A stretch of DNA of 63,977 bases, the filler included, from Octopus bimaculoides (Eukaryota): assembly GCF_001194135.2 (NCBI RefSeq). It is 8 parts of 7 records of this genome, joined end to end, with 100 filler letters (N's around TTAATTAATTAA, not from the genome) between each part and the next. Parts side by side here need not be neighbours in the genome. Positions count along the whole stretch, not along the records: positions 40,286 to 48,814 come from NC_068981.1; positions 48,915 to 53,491 come from NC_068990.1; 6 more parts are not named here. The stretch is one strand, 5' to 3'. Every line of letters starts with the position of its first letter. The stretch's first letter is position 1. Both the position numbers and the translations under genes were made by a program. A model generated the notes under the pieces. It saw only the letters and a program-made list of their open reading frames with translations, had not been told where the DNA came from and made no database searches. This document shows positions 40,311 through 51,233 of the stretch, in pieces.

Positions 40311-40925
40311 TTATATATATATACTTTATTTAAAAGCAGCAGAAATATAACAAAAGACTGTTACTCTGAGTTTCACGTTCCCGTTCATCGGACAGTTTTG
40401 TTAGAAATGGGAAAGGAATAACAATGCAATCAAAAGTGATATAAAATTTTAAACACATGGATCCGTTTGATTGGTCGTTTCAAATAACGGTCATGGATGC
40501 GTAATGAACAAAACAAATGAATTTAATATAGATTCATCCTATTTAAAAAAAATATCGAAGAAAACCTTAAATAGGTGCTTAAGAAAAAATGGAACAAGAA
40601 CGTAACAGGCGACAACAGAACGTCCTGCCAGTTAGACGATACAAAAAAAAAGGGACAGGTAAAAACAAGGATGGGTCATTCTGTCAAGTTCCAGATTTTC
40701 TCAGTAGTTTCGGCCGGTTACACTCGAGACTGCTCCAATCTGGTCGACACCCAAGAAAATCTAAGCTAAGAGCACTAAATTCTTTGGAAGAAAACAAGCG
40801 AATATATACGAAAATAAGGACGAGAAACAAAAAACGGAGAAATGGTATACAATTACAAATACAAACAACTGGACATTAACAACAGGTGTCTTTCGACTAA
40901 CGACGAATTAAATTAAGCTGGCGTG
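40311..40925 (-). mobile_element. Non-coding Penelope-type (pseudo-LTR-like) element carrying a hammerhead motif
   Basis: The hammerhead lies near the minus-strand 3' end, which terminates 'ctgctgcttttaaataaag(TA)n'. The family assignment is inferred from the known association of Penelope elements with hammerheads. The 5' boundary is approximate. Confidence 0.5.
40357..40396 (-). ncRNA. Minimal type-I hammerhead ribozyme motif HHR2
   Basis: Minus strand ACTGT-CCGATGA-ACG(GGAA)CGT-GAAA-CTC-A-GAG-TA-ACAGT. Stem I is a perfect 5 bp, stem II has a GNRA tetraloop, stem III is quasi-palindromic, the triplet is GUA, and the core has U4 to C. Confidence 0.7.
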
Positions 40926-41759
40926 TGTGGAATGCACTCTTCAAAACTTGTACTAATATTAAGTACAAGGTAAAATTACTACCTGCTTTTATAGCAAGTT
41001 GATGCAGTTAGTTTATCCTGTTCCCCTCCAACTTTCAGTTCATGCAATTAAAAAAATCGCATTATTTATGGGATGACTGTCATGCCGGCCATGATGAAAT
41101 ACCACAAGGTATAGAAAATATGTATTCGCCTTTATATATTTATATATTTAATCCTTTATATTGAACACTCAATATTTCATATATGCAATAAGACATATTT
41201 CATATATTCAATAAGACATTCAATACTTCATTTCATTGTACCATCCATCTTTTTTTATATTATATATAATATATTCCATATTCTATATCCCACATAAATT
41301 TTACAAGAATATAAATAAAAAACATAAAAAACAGACAGAGTTGGAACTCTTTTAAATAAAATAATATATATATATATATATATACATTGGGTCATATATA
41401 TACATGTGTGTGCTAATGTGCACATATATGTCTATTACGCATGTCTGTATGTGCGCTGTGTGCAACTATTAGAAATTGTATAATGCTGGTGTGCTGAAAT
41501 GATAGTGGGTTCCCGACTATGCGTTTGGAGATGTTCAGCCAATTGAATTTTTACATGTGGATTAACCTGTAAACGGTGGTTGAGTATTCTATAGATACAT
41601 GTCCGTTTAACGCAATCGTTGCGTTACATTCCGGAGTGAAAAACAGAGAGTCATTAACTGCAGATATTTTAATGTATCATCTTCGAAAAAAAAGAAAACG
41701 AATGGTGAAGGAAACCTGAGCAGGATTTGAACTAAGTGTACAAACAGTTAAATGAGTAC

Positions 41760-42010
41760 TATAAAGCATTTTCTTTGACGCTCTGCCAATTCGCTGCCCT
41801 TGTGTACCTAAATATCCTTTTTAATTTTGGCAGAAGGCCAGCAATTTTGTCAAGAGATAGGCAAGTCAGTTACATCGATCTCACTTTTGACTGGTGCTTT
41901 ATTTTATAGACCCCGAAGGGAAGAAAGGCAAAAATCGACCTCGGCAGAATATGAACTTAGCACGTAAAGAGCCGGAAGAAATATTGCTAAGCATTTTATC
42001 CGGTGTGCCT
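41760..42010 (-). mobile_element. SINE family B
   Basis: 'gaaggccagcaattttg..ctggtgcttattttatagaccccgaagggaagaaaggcaaaaatcgacctcggcagaatatgaact..attgctaagcatttt.tccgg'. Confidence 0.7.
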
Positions 42011-42749
42011 AAATATTGTGGTGTCACATTATGGTTAGCACAGGAAAATATTCTCCTCTGTTAACAAAAATAAATCACAGTCAAGTACTGGTGTTGATTT
42101 TATACAAGAGATGCCTCCCACTAAAACTGCTGGTCACGTGTCTAAGAGAAAAGGTTATGGTAATTCGTTCTTTATCTCTCTCAAATTCTATTGCCTAGCA
42201 GAAGCATGGATTTAAATAGTTTTAAAATATTAGAGAATTATACTGAAGAATTATGTAATTGAAATTTTGAACGAAATTTTACAAAGCCATCGGTACACTA
42301 TTTCCAAACAGACTACTTATAATCAAGTAATCCGTCCACGGCATTATATTTCAGCTTAAGTCGCCCTTGTCATTATTCATATGAATTATAATGTACCTAG
42401 AGACTCAGTCAAAACTTCACTTCTACGCTTAGATAACAGAGAAGCTATTTGTTACTGTGAAATCTCATCAATAGCTGTTACACAAATGAGATTTCAATGA
42501 GATTTTGTCTTTTGATCTGAAGGTTTGAATGACCACAACGACACACAACACGGTGGTTGACCACCTTTTAGGGGAGTTTTGGCCTTCCGAAAGCGCACAA
42601 TCACAGAGGAGATGTACAAACGAATTATCTGCAACCTAAATGTTGAGCCAAGTTTTGAAATGAGTCTATAGATGTGTTATGATTTACACGAATTCTGACA
42701 GAGGTGTTTAACGCTGACGTTAATTTTATATATTTATGATAAATAGTCC

Positions 42750-43205
42750 AAGCGCAGGGGTGGCAATATGGTAATAAGCTTGCTTCCCAAACCAAAGAGT
42801 TCTTAGTTCAATCCCACTGCGTGGAACCTTGAGCAAGTGTCTCCTGCCAGAGCCTCGGGCTGACCAAAGCTTTGAGGGTGGATTTGGTAGATGGAAACAA
42901 AAGAAGCTCGTTGTATATGTGCGTGTGAGTGAGTGTATGTGTGTGTGTGTGTGTGTGTGCGTGTGTGTTTGTGTGTATCTTTGTGCCTCTGTTTGCTCTT
43001 TACCCACTGCTTGACAACTGGTGTTGGTGTGTTTACGTCCCCATGGGTTAGCGATGCGGCAAAAGAAACCGATAGAATACGTAACAGGCTCTAAAGGAAA
43101 TAAGTAGTGGGGTCGATTCATTCGACTAATAATTCTTCAAGTCAATGCCCTAACATGGCCGTAATCTAATGACTGTAACAAGTAAGATGCAAAAGATAAA
43201 AGAAT
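42750..43205 (+). mobile_element. SINE family A, full length, diverged
   Basis: 'gcgcaggggtggcaatatggtaataagcttgcttcccaaacc..gttcaatcccactgcgtgg..gggtcgattcattcgact..taatgactgtaacaagt'. Confidence 0.85.
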
Positions 43206-43289
43206 CCATTTTAATTTTTTATTGAAGACACTGGATACTGCACAAGTTTATGTACCGCATTGGGCAATTTTCAACCAACCTGATCAATG

Positions 43290-43700
43290 TATTCTAGGAC
43301 TTCACTATGCACCTACGAACCGAAGGCAAACTCTTCCAGATTAGCAGATCCCAGGCCCAAGTCAAGACAACTTCGACCTCATCGCCAGCACAAGGGAAAT
43401 TGAAGTTATGTATCCAGGAATTCGTGGCGCCTGCAAAGGTCAGACTCGATATGCTCATATACCTTTGGGAAGACTCTCAAAAATTGCTTGCATCGACGAT
43501 GGAGACAGCAGTAGAAATATTAAGGCTTGTTTTACCTTCAGTAAATATTGCAAGATAATATGGGAGAAGTCTCAACGCCCAAGCCAAGAATGAATGTGTA
43601 CAGAACTGTCGGATTACAGAACCAGTTAAGAGGGAGTTGACAGAGACAATCGTCAACGTCCTGGAAAGGGTAACTAGATTTGTCGTTGTATTCCTCTACT
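43290..43700 (+). mobile_element. RTE (BovB-like) LINE reverse-transcriptase fossil
   Basis: LRTEGKLFQISRSQAQVKT resembles the RTE motif R.DGKLFNL.RL.AKTK. LSKIACIDDGDSSRNIKACFTFSKYCKIIWEK resembles LS....IDDEV..RIAKAS.AFG.L...VWE. It is frameshifted. Confidence 0.6.
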
Positions 43701-43780
43701 TGTTTTGCGGCCCTTGTTACCAACAAAGAAATTACTATTGACATTGAGCTGGCTGAACCGGTGGAGCTGAACCGGTAGAT

Positions 43781-44645
43781 GTTGAACAAAGCATCCATGT
43801 TTCCAGAGGTGAATTATTCAAACCTCAAAGAATTCCTCTCAACACATGGCTATGATGCTCTCCCACTACTCCTCCTCGTGATCAGAAATTCACGTATCGT
43901 CAGCCACTATGGGACATGCTCAACTGGTTAAGGTCAAGCAACTGACAACCAACTCTTTGGTATTAACCAGAATATTTGCTGTAGCTCATTCTTTTATATC
44001 AAGACGAAACAATGTACTTCCAATCAGTTAAGATCAAAAGCCCTGAGAACCACTGCCTAGTAATGCATCTATTATTATTATTATTGAATGAGAGAGCAAT
44101 GCATGCGATCAAAGGGACATGAGGGCAAAATATACGAAGCCCAATATACCCATCATGACTACCCGTCTGATAAGGGTACACCAGGCACATGCATCACAAC
44201 CATATGTGCGCGACATGGTGATCTCATATCAATATTAACAGCGCATGACCTCACACGTGGGTCCCAGTTAGAATTTTCTTCAGGTCGAGTAGCCCATCCA
44301 GCTCAAAAGGTCCTTGAATAAGGTTTGTTTAAGGATGTTGAGCAAAACACCCTTGTTTCCAAAGGTAAATTATTCAAACCCCAAAGAATTCCTAACGCAT
44401 GGCTATGATGCTCCCCCACTACTTGTGGGGAAGCATCATAGCCATGATCAGAGATGCACCTATCGTCAGCCATCAAGGGACATGCTCAACTAGTTAACGT
44501 CAAACAACTGACAAGCAAATGTGTGGTATTAAGCAGAATATTTGTTGTAGCCCATCTTTTATACCAAGACAAAACAATGTACATGATAACACTTCCAATC
44601 AATTAAGATCAGAAGCCATAAGAGCCACTGCCTGGTACTGCATCC
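43781..44645 (-). repeat. Two tandem copies of a retroposon-like repeat (43781-44070 partial; 44070-44645 with (AAT)n tail)
   Basis: The block 'gttga.caaa.ca.cc.tgtttcca.aggt.aattattcaaacc.caaagaattcct..atggctatgatgct..gccactgcct.gta.tgcatc' occurs twice. On the minus strand the second copy ends in (AAT)n at ~44070. Confidence 0.7.
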
Positions 44646-44807
44646 GGGACTAAAGATTTCAAGTTAGAACACAAAGCGTGTGGAAAGTAGAAAGTCAGAC
44701 ATTTTACAACCTAAACGGACATACTAAAATTAGAGACAATGTTCAATGGATCCAAAAGCTTCATCGGCGGACCGTTTCGGAGACGTGTCAGTTAATTCTT
44801 CTTCTTC

Positions 44808-44860
<53 letters not shown>

Positions 44861-45627
44861 NNNNNNNNNNNNNNNNNNNNNNNNNNNNNNNNNNNNNNNN
44901 NNNNNNNNNNNNNNNNNNNNNNNNNNNNNNNNNNNNNNNNNNNNNNNNNNNNNNNNNNNNNNNNNNNNNNNNNNNNNNNNNNNNNNNNNNNNNNNNNNNN
45001 NNNNNNNNNNNNNNNNNNNNNNNNNNNNNNNNNNNNNNNNNNNNNNNNNNNNNNNNNNNNNNNNNNNNNNNNNNNNNNNNNNNNNNNNNNNNNNNNNNNN
45101 NNNNNNNNNNNNNNNNNNNNNNNNNNNNNNNNNNNNNNNNNNNNNNNNNNNNNNNNNNNNNNNNNNNNNNNNNNNNNNNNNNNNNNNNNNNNNNNNNNNN
45201 NNNNNNNNNNNNNNNNNNNNNNNNNNNNNNNNNNNNNNNNNNNNNNNNNNNNNNNNNNNNNNNNNNNNNNNNNNNNNNNNNNNNNNNNNNNNNNNNNNNN
45301 NNNNNNNNNNNNNNNNNNNNNNNNNNNNNNNNNNNNNNNNNNNNNNNNNNNNNNNNNNNNNNNNNNNNNNNNNNNNNNNNNNNNNNNNNNNNNNNNNNNN
45401 NNNNNNNNNNNNNNNNNNNNNNNNNNNNNNNNNNNNNNNNNNNNNNNNNNNNNNNNNNNNNNNNNNNNNNNNNNNNNNNNNNNNNNNNNNNNNNNNNNNN
45501 NNNNNNNNNNNNNNNNNNNNNNNNNNNNNNNNNNNNNNNNNNNNNNNNNNNNNNNNNNNNNNNNNNNNNNNNNNNNNNNNNNNNTGTCCATCTCCACATA
45601 TTCTACAGTTACTTGTTATGTTTCTTT

Positions 45628-45713
<86 letters not shown>

Positions 45714-45715
45714 TA

Positions 45716-46190
45716 GGCAGCCAGTAGGTAGAGTCGTTAGCACTCTCAATAAAATGCTTAGCGACATTTTTTTCGTCCTTACGTTCTAAGATCAAATTCC
45801 ACTGAGATCACCTTCGCCTTTCATGCCTTCACGTTCGATGAAGTAAATACAAATCAAATGCTGAGGTCGATCTAGGGGCGAAATAGTACAACAGGGGTCA
45901 CCATCAACACCCTCCTCCATAATTTCAGGTCTTGTGCCTATACAAGAAAGAATACTTACAGAGGCGACAAGCTGACAGAATTCTTAGCACACCGGACAAA
46001 ATACTTGGCGGTTTTTCGTCCTTCTTCACGTTCTGAGTTCAAATCCCACCGAAGTTAACTTTGCCTTTCACTCTTTCGGGATCATTATAATAGAGTACCA
46101 CTGGAATATTTGGGTCGATAACATTGACTAACTCCACCAAACTCCCACCCATAATTGCCGGCTTTGTACAAAATTTAGAAAGAATTGTTA
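45716..46190 (+). mobile_element. Two tandem SINE family B copies
   Basis: 'ggcagccagtaggtagagtcgttagcac..aaaatgcttagcg..gttctaagatcaaattcc' and 'gaggcgacaagctgacagaattcttagcacaccggacaaaatacttggcgg..gttctgagttcaaatccc'. Confidence 0.75.
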
Positions 46191-46748
46191 TTATTCATAT
46201 CACTTTACGTTACGCACAAACTACAAGCCAGTAAATCTACCACAAAATTTATACCAGTATGTAAACCTTACCTTAACACCAGGTGACTGCCTGCACTTGT
46301 GTCTTCATCCCTACTCACTCACTCCCACTCTTTGTCTTTCACTCTCTCTTTCTCTCTCTGTCTCCTTCTCTCCCTCTCCCTCTCTCTCTCTCTCTTTCTC
46401 CTTCTTCCCATTTAGTAACATATTAATAGCTATATATCCACATATCGCTATGTGTGAAGAGATTCATATATATATATATATATATATANNNNNNNNNNNN
46501 NNNNNNNNNNNNNNNNNNNNNNNNNNNNNNNNNNNNNNNNNNNNNNNNNNNNNNNNNNNNNNNNNNNNNNNNNNNNNNNNNNNNNNNNNNNNNNNNNNNN
46601 NNNNNNNNNNNNNNNNNNNNNNNNNNNNNNNNNNNNNNNNNNNNNNNNNNNNNNNNNNNNNNNATATACAGACATATATATATATATATATAATGTATCC
46701 GAGTATACATACATACGTACATGCCTGCATACATACATATATACATTT

Positions 46749-46793
<45 letters not shown>

Positions 46794-47154
46794 AAGAGAG
46801 AGAGGGGAAGAGAGAGAGAGAGAAAGAGATAGAGAGAGAAAGAGAGAGAGAAAGAGTGAGAGAGAAAGAGAGAGAGAGAGAAAGAGAGAGAAAGAAATAT
46901 AGGTGTCTCTATCAGGTTCCCTTTCAGTGTCGCTATATTTGTCTCCTTATATAAACACATACACCTAGTGCGCAGCGACCGGTGAGATCCATCAACCCCC
47001 TGGCTATGCTAACAGTTATCTCGTTGAATATTTGAGTCGTGCGTTGAACCCTATGACTAACAATTCCATTAAATATGAGATATAAGTATCAGATTTTATT
47101 GTTATGTTACTTAGCACGCCGTTCCAATTTCATTAAATCTGTTAAGCACTTAAT

Positions 47155-47330
47155 CTTTTCTACTATCGGCACAAGGCCTGAAATTTTGGGGTAAGAGGCA
47201 AGTCGATTACGCCGACCCCAGTACTCAACTGGTACTTAATTTATCGACCCGAAAGGGTGAAAGGCAAATTCAACCTCGGCAGACGAAATATTACTAAGCA
47301 TTTCGCCTGCCCGCAATCTGCCAACTTGCC
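47155..47330 (-). mobile_element. SINE family B
   Basis: 'tactatcggcacaaggcctgaaattttgggg..gtcgattacgccgaccccagtactcaactggtacttaatttatcgacccgaaagggtgaaaggcaaa'. Confidence 0.8.
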
Positions 47331-47409
47331 GCCCGCTGTTGATTATTTAATACCATAAAACTGAAGCTAAGAAACCGTCTTTATGAGCTCCAATAGGTTT
47401 CATTAAGTA

Positions 47410-47630
47410 TCTTTTATCTTGTACTTGTTTCAGTCATTTGACGACGGCCATGCTGGTGCACCACCTTCAAAGGTTTTAATCGAAAAACTCTTTTTTCATT
47501 TTAAAGCCTAGTACTTATTCAATTGGTCCCTTTTGCAGAACCGCTGTTACAGGTACGTAAGCACATCAACACTGGTTGTCAAGCAGTGGTGGAGGACAAA
47601 CACAAAGGCACAGGCACACACACACATACA

Positions 47631-47661
<31 letters not shown>

Positions 47662-47678
47662 GTACGTATACACACAAA

Positions 47679-47710
<32 letters not shown>

Positions 47711-47905
47711 TACACACACACACACACAAGCACACACACACACACGACAGCCTTCTTTCAGTTTCTGCAAACCAAATCCAATCACAGGGATTTGGTGAAC
47801 CCGAGGTTATAGCAAAAGATACTTTCCTAAGGTACCACGGACTGGCACTAAACCCAGGACCATGTGGCTGGGAAACGAGCTTCTTAGTCACACAGCCATA
47901 CCATA
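47410..47905 (-). mobile_element. SINE family A, full length
   Basis: 'tacttgtttcagtcatttgacgacggccatgctggtgcaccacc...acgacagccttctttcagtttctgcaaaccaaatcc..cttcttagtcacacagcca'. Confidence 0.85.
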
Positions 47906-48059
47906 TATAGACTTGAAAGTAAATATTTGGGCTATTAATATCCTTTCTGAGTCGACAGTCAGTCAGGTAAGAAAATAGTCACTTTTAACTTACCACAGCC
48001 AAGGTGCAAAAGAATAAACTAATGTACATTCATATATACACACGCATGCAAATTGAATA

Positions 48060-48189
48060 CAGCCATACGTTCGTGCACGCACAGACTCAGTTTCGTCAAA
48101 TTCACTCCACCTACAACCTGGATGTGACACTTCGTCACCGCCAGTAATAGATAGCAGTCGCGCCATTTTTACTCTATAAACCATCTCCG
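48060..48189. promoter_or_regulatory. CpG-containing promoter/5' UTR-like segment with a YY1-type motif
   Basis: This is non-repetitive, CpG-retaining sequence with 'gcgccattttt' (CCATNTT/AAAATGGCG, 48161-48170), immediately upstream of the candidate first exon. Confidence 0.35.
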
Positions 48190-48232
48190 ATGAACACATA
48201 CTTGTGGGTAACCGTCCAGTTATCAGTATTAT
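48190..48232 (+). CDS. Candidate first coding exon (signal peptide) of the PAN-Sushi gene
   Basis: It reads MNTYLWVTVQLSVL plus T|GTATGT, a phase-1 donor that joins the phase-1 PAN exon in frame to give ...LSVLS-KDEIIK. The N-terminus is short and hydrophobic. The donor coincides with the start of a (GTAT)n tract, so a chance match is possible. Confidence 0.5.
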
Positions 48233-48540
48233 GTATGTATGTATGTATGTATGTATGTATGTATGTATGTATGTATATNNNNNNNNNNNNNNNNNNNNNN
48301 NNNNNNNNNNNNNNNNNNNNNNNNNNNNNNNNNNNNNNNNNNNNNNNNNNNNNNNNNNNNNNNNNNNNNNNNNNNNNNNNNNNNNNNNNNNNNNNNNNNN
48401 NNNNNNNNNNNNNNNNNNNATATATGTATATGTATATATATATATGTGTGTGTGTGTGTGTATGTGTGTGTATGTGTGTTTGTGTGGGTGTGTGTGTGTG
48501 TGTGTGTGTGCGTGTGTGTGTGTGTGTATATACATAATCT

Positions 48541-48790
48541 TGAAGCTTTTAAAGCAATAACCGTGCAATGACTAAAGAAAGTAACCTAATTTTAGAGCAT
48601 GTAAGCCCTCGACGAAAAGAAGCGAGGCTTTACGTTGGTGTAATGACAACAAACTTGTTCGGAAAACATAGAGGTGTGTGTTCGCGTCCCAGGCGTACGA
48701 GAAGTCTACATTTTTCCTTCGATGGCTTATATGCCCCAATATTAGACTATTTTCTTTAGTCATTGCACGTTCATCACTTATAAGCTTTAA
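48541..48790. mobile_element. MITE-like element with long terminal inverted repeats
   Basis: 'cgtgcaatgactaaagaaagtaacctaattttagagcatgtaagcc' versus the reverse complement of the right end 'cgtgcaatgactaaagaaaatagtctaatattggggcatataagcc'. The ORF track gives near-identical translations on both strands (MTKESNLILEHVSPRRK / MTKENSLILGHISHRRK). Confidence 0.75.
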
Positions 48791-48914
48791 ACTTATAAAA
48801 TATTATCACTAATANNNNNNNNNNNNNNNNNNNNNNNNNNNNNNNNNNNNNNNNNNNNTTAATTAATTAANNNNNNNNNNNNNNNNNNNNNNNNNNNNNN
48901 NNNNNNNNNNNNNN

Positions 48915-49100
48915 TCTAGCTGCCTGATGTAACTCCTTCCCAGTCCTTCCGGCTTTGTAAACCACCTTGTTTCAGCACCACATCACCCTAGGCCTGGATG
49001 TGACTATGCACTAACCACGAATTTGGTCTACAGCACTCAGCAAGTTGTCCTGTAGGAACTTCCATTTATCATCTATGTTACAAGTCTTTTACTCCTCCTC
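48915..49100 (-). mobile_element. RTE LINE fragment (EN-RT linker)
   Basis: DDKWKFLQDNLLSAVDQIRG*CIVTSRPRVMWC*NKVV..ELHQAAR resembles the RTE linker W..L...L....D.ICG......R....WWWN..V. It contains stops. Confidence 0.55.
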
Positions 49101-49268
49101 CTCTCATCATATGCTTCATGTAGGATGTCTCTAAATCTCAAACTAATCAAAGAATCTTTAAGCTTCCAAGGATCCTTAAGCTTCCAGAATCCTTATACTC
49201 TTTTTAGTAATACCACATTGTATCTTACTATGCCCCATCCAATTATTACTTTACATCTTCCAAAGAAA

Positions 49269-49315
<47 letters not shown>

Positions 49316-49902
49316 TATATACTGAAAGTATTAGATGAATACATTGAAGTATCATGTATCTGAAATTTTAAATAAAATATTAGAAATACTTCTGGGCCAA
49401 TTTTTTTCTTGTGGACAATTTATTATAAAAACAAACCCATCCCCAAACCAGTTTTTAGCATAAAACATCCTTCTCAAAATTCATGTAAATTCTGGTATAA
49501 CATCAGTCATACTTTGAACTTCACCTTTATGATTCAATTGCAGATAATGCATTTGTACATCCCTCTTCTGACAGTGTGCTTTTGTTTATGATTTAATGGC
49601 CATAACTACACTTATTCATCGACGGTCTACTGAATATCACTTTGACCCTATGAAAATACATCATTAGAAGTGAGGTTATATAAATGTGTCATGTGAAACT
49701 TAAGTTTTGAAATACATTTACGAATGATCTGAAGATGCGCTTATAGTGCACATGAATCTTTTTCAAGTTGTCATTGTGTGGATCAATTATTTGTTTATAA
49801 TTAATTGTGTATTTAAAACAAATTTTGCACCAGATGTTGTATGATATTCAAAGTGTAGGTTTAAGAATGTATTTCTTGTCTTTTTCTTTTATATTTCTCC
49901 AG

Positions 49903-50136
49903 CAAAAGATGAAATTATTAAATTTAAAAGTACCATGATACCAGGAGAGGATACTTTTGAACGACTGAATAATGTAAGCTTAAAGAAGTGTGCCCAAGCT
50001 TGTTACCAAAATCCAAAATGTAATTCTTATGAGTACCATAAAAAATCTAAGTTCTGTGATCGAAGTAATGTGACTCACTTGACTCATGACCTTGAACCCA
50101 ACCAGTGGGGTTGGGATGTTTACTTCATTAACCCAG
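49903..50136 (+). CDS. PAN/apple domain exon
   Basis: Strong acceptor 'tttttcttttatatttctccag' and donor G|GTCAGT; 234 nt, phase 1-1. It reads KDEIIKFKSTMIPGEDTFERLNNVSLKKCAQACYQNPKCNSYEYHKKSKFCDRSNVTHLTHDLEPNQWGWDVYFINP, with PAN-type spacing S...C...C.....C.SYEY......C. Confidence 0.88.
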
Positions 50137-50533
50137 GTCAGTAATGTTTGCATTTTATTTTTTGTGTGTGCTTGCATGTCAGTGTGTTTGCATGTATTGT
50201 CATATGTGTATGTATACATGCATCTGTCTGTCTGTCTGAATGTCAGTCTTTTTGTCCATCTATCTCTTTCTGTCTGTACCTCTGGATTTACTGACTCTAC
50301 CTTCAGGGATTTCTCTGAATTTTTTTTTACCTTCATGGATTTCTCTGGATTTTTTTTTATGTTAATCACTCCAATTTACAACTTTTGAACTTTTATACTC
50401 CGTACATTAATACTTTGCCATACTCTCTCCCTTTTTACTTTTTTTTTCTTCTCTTCTCCCTTGTTTCTCTTTTTCATTTTTTCTTTTTAACTTTTTCCTT
50501 TCTCTTTCTCTCCTGTTTTCTTCCTTTTTCCAC

Positions 50534-51090
50534 CATGCCTAATTACAAATCCTTCTGCCTCCACCTTCACCATCGCTGAAAGAAATACCTTTCCACTGCT
50601 TTCTACCTTCTATTCATCTTTCCCTACTGGTTTCAAAAAAAAAACACACTTCTGTAGTCATGTTTCTTTTCTCAGTCACTGCCTTCACTGCCACCTCATC
50701 CCCAAAGGTTTCTGCCTCCATTTCCCCCTGACTTTTCATTCTGGCTCTGTCATCCTACCCTTACACTGCACCACTTCCTACTGCTGTATGCGTGCCACCA
50801 TTTATTCTAATCTCTCCAAAATACACACCCTCGACTGCCTTTTCACTCTTGCTTATTACACCTGTTTCTCCTGCTGCTCACCATCCATTGCACATTCCAC
50901 CTTACCTTTCATGCTCCATCTAAATCACATTTTCCCATGACTTTCACGCTTCTACTAAACAACATAAACTCTGCTCCCTCCATCCTATCCCACCTAATGC
51001 CCTTAGACCCACCCCTCCCTGATTCACTCACTCCTCATCCTCACTCCCATCCTTCAAGTACTCAAACCCCCCAACTCACTACTTCCTCCG
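50534..51090 (+). mobile_element. Penelope-like element N-terminal ORF fossil
   Basis: MPNYKSFCLHLHHR..FLSHCLHCHLIPKGFCLHF..SYCCMRATI resembles the FL..C....LIPKGF N-terminal motif of Penelope ORFs. It has stops and frameshifts. Confidence 0.5.
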
Positions 51091-51111
51091 CTCTTTCCTC
51101 CGCTCTTTCCT

Positions 51112-51167
<56 letters not shown>

Positions 51168-51233
51168 ATGTATATATATATATATATGTATATATGTGTA
51201 TGTGTATGTATATATATATATATGTATATAATA

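Noticed and set aside
43408-43593. ORF YPGIRGACKGQTRYAHIPLGRLSKIACIDDG as an upstream exon of the PAN gene
   Set aside because: It is better explained as frameshifted RTE reverse-transcriptase sequence.
44755-44790. GAAAC-GGTC-CG-CCGATGA on the minus strand as a permuted hammerhead
   Set aside because: There is no room for stems I and III, and no stem II partner.
3976-48571. Dozens of long ORFs in the track made of X runs or YI/CV/TH/poly-Y/poly-I repeats
   Set aside because: They are read-through of N gaps and of di- and trinucleotide microsatellites, not genes.
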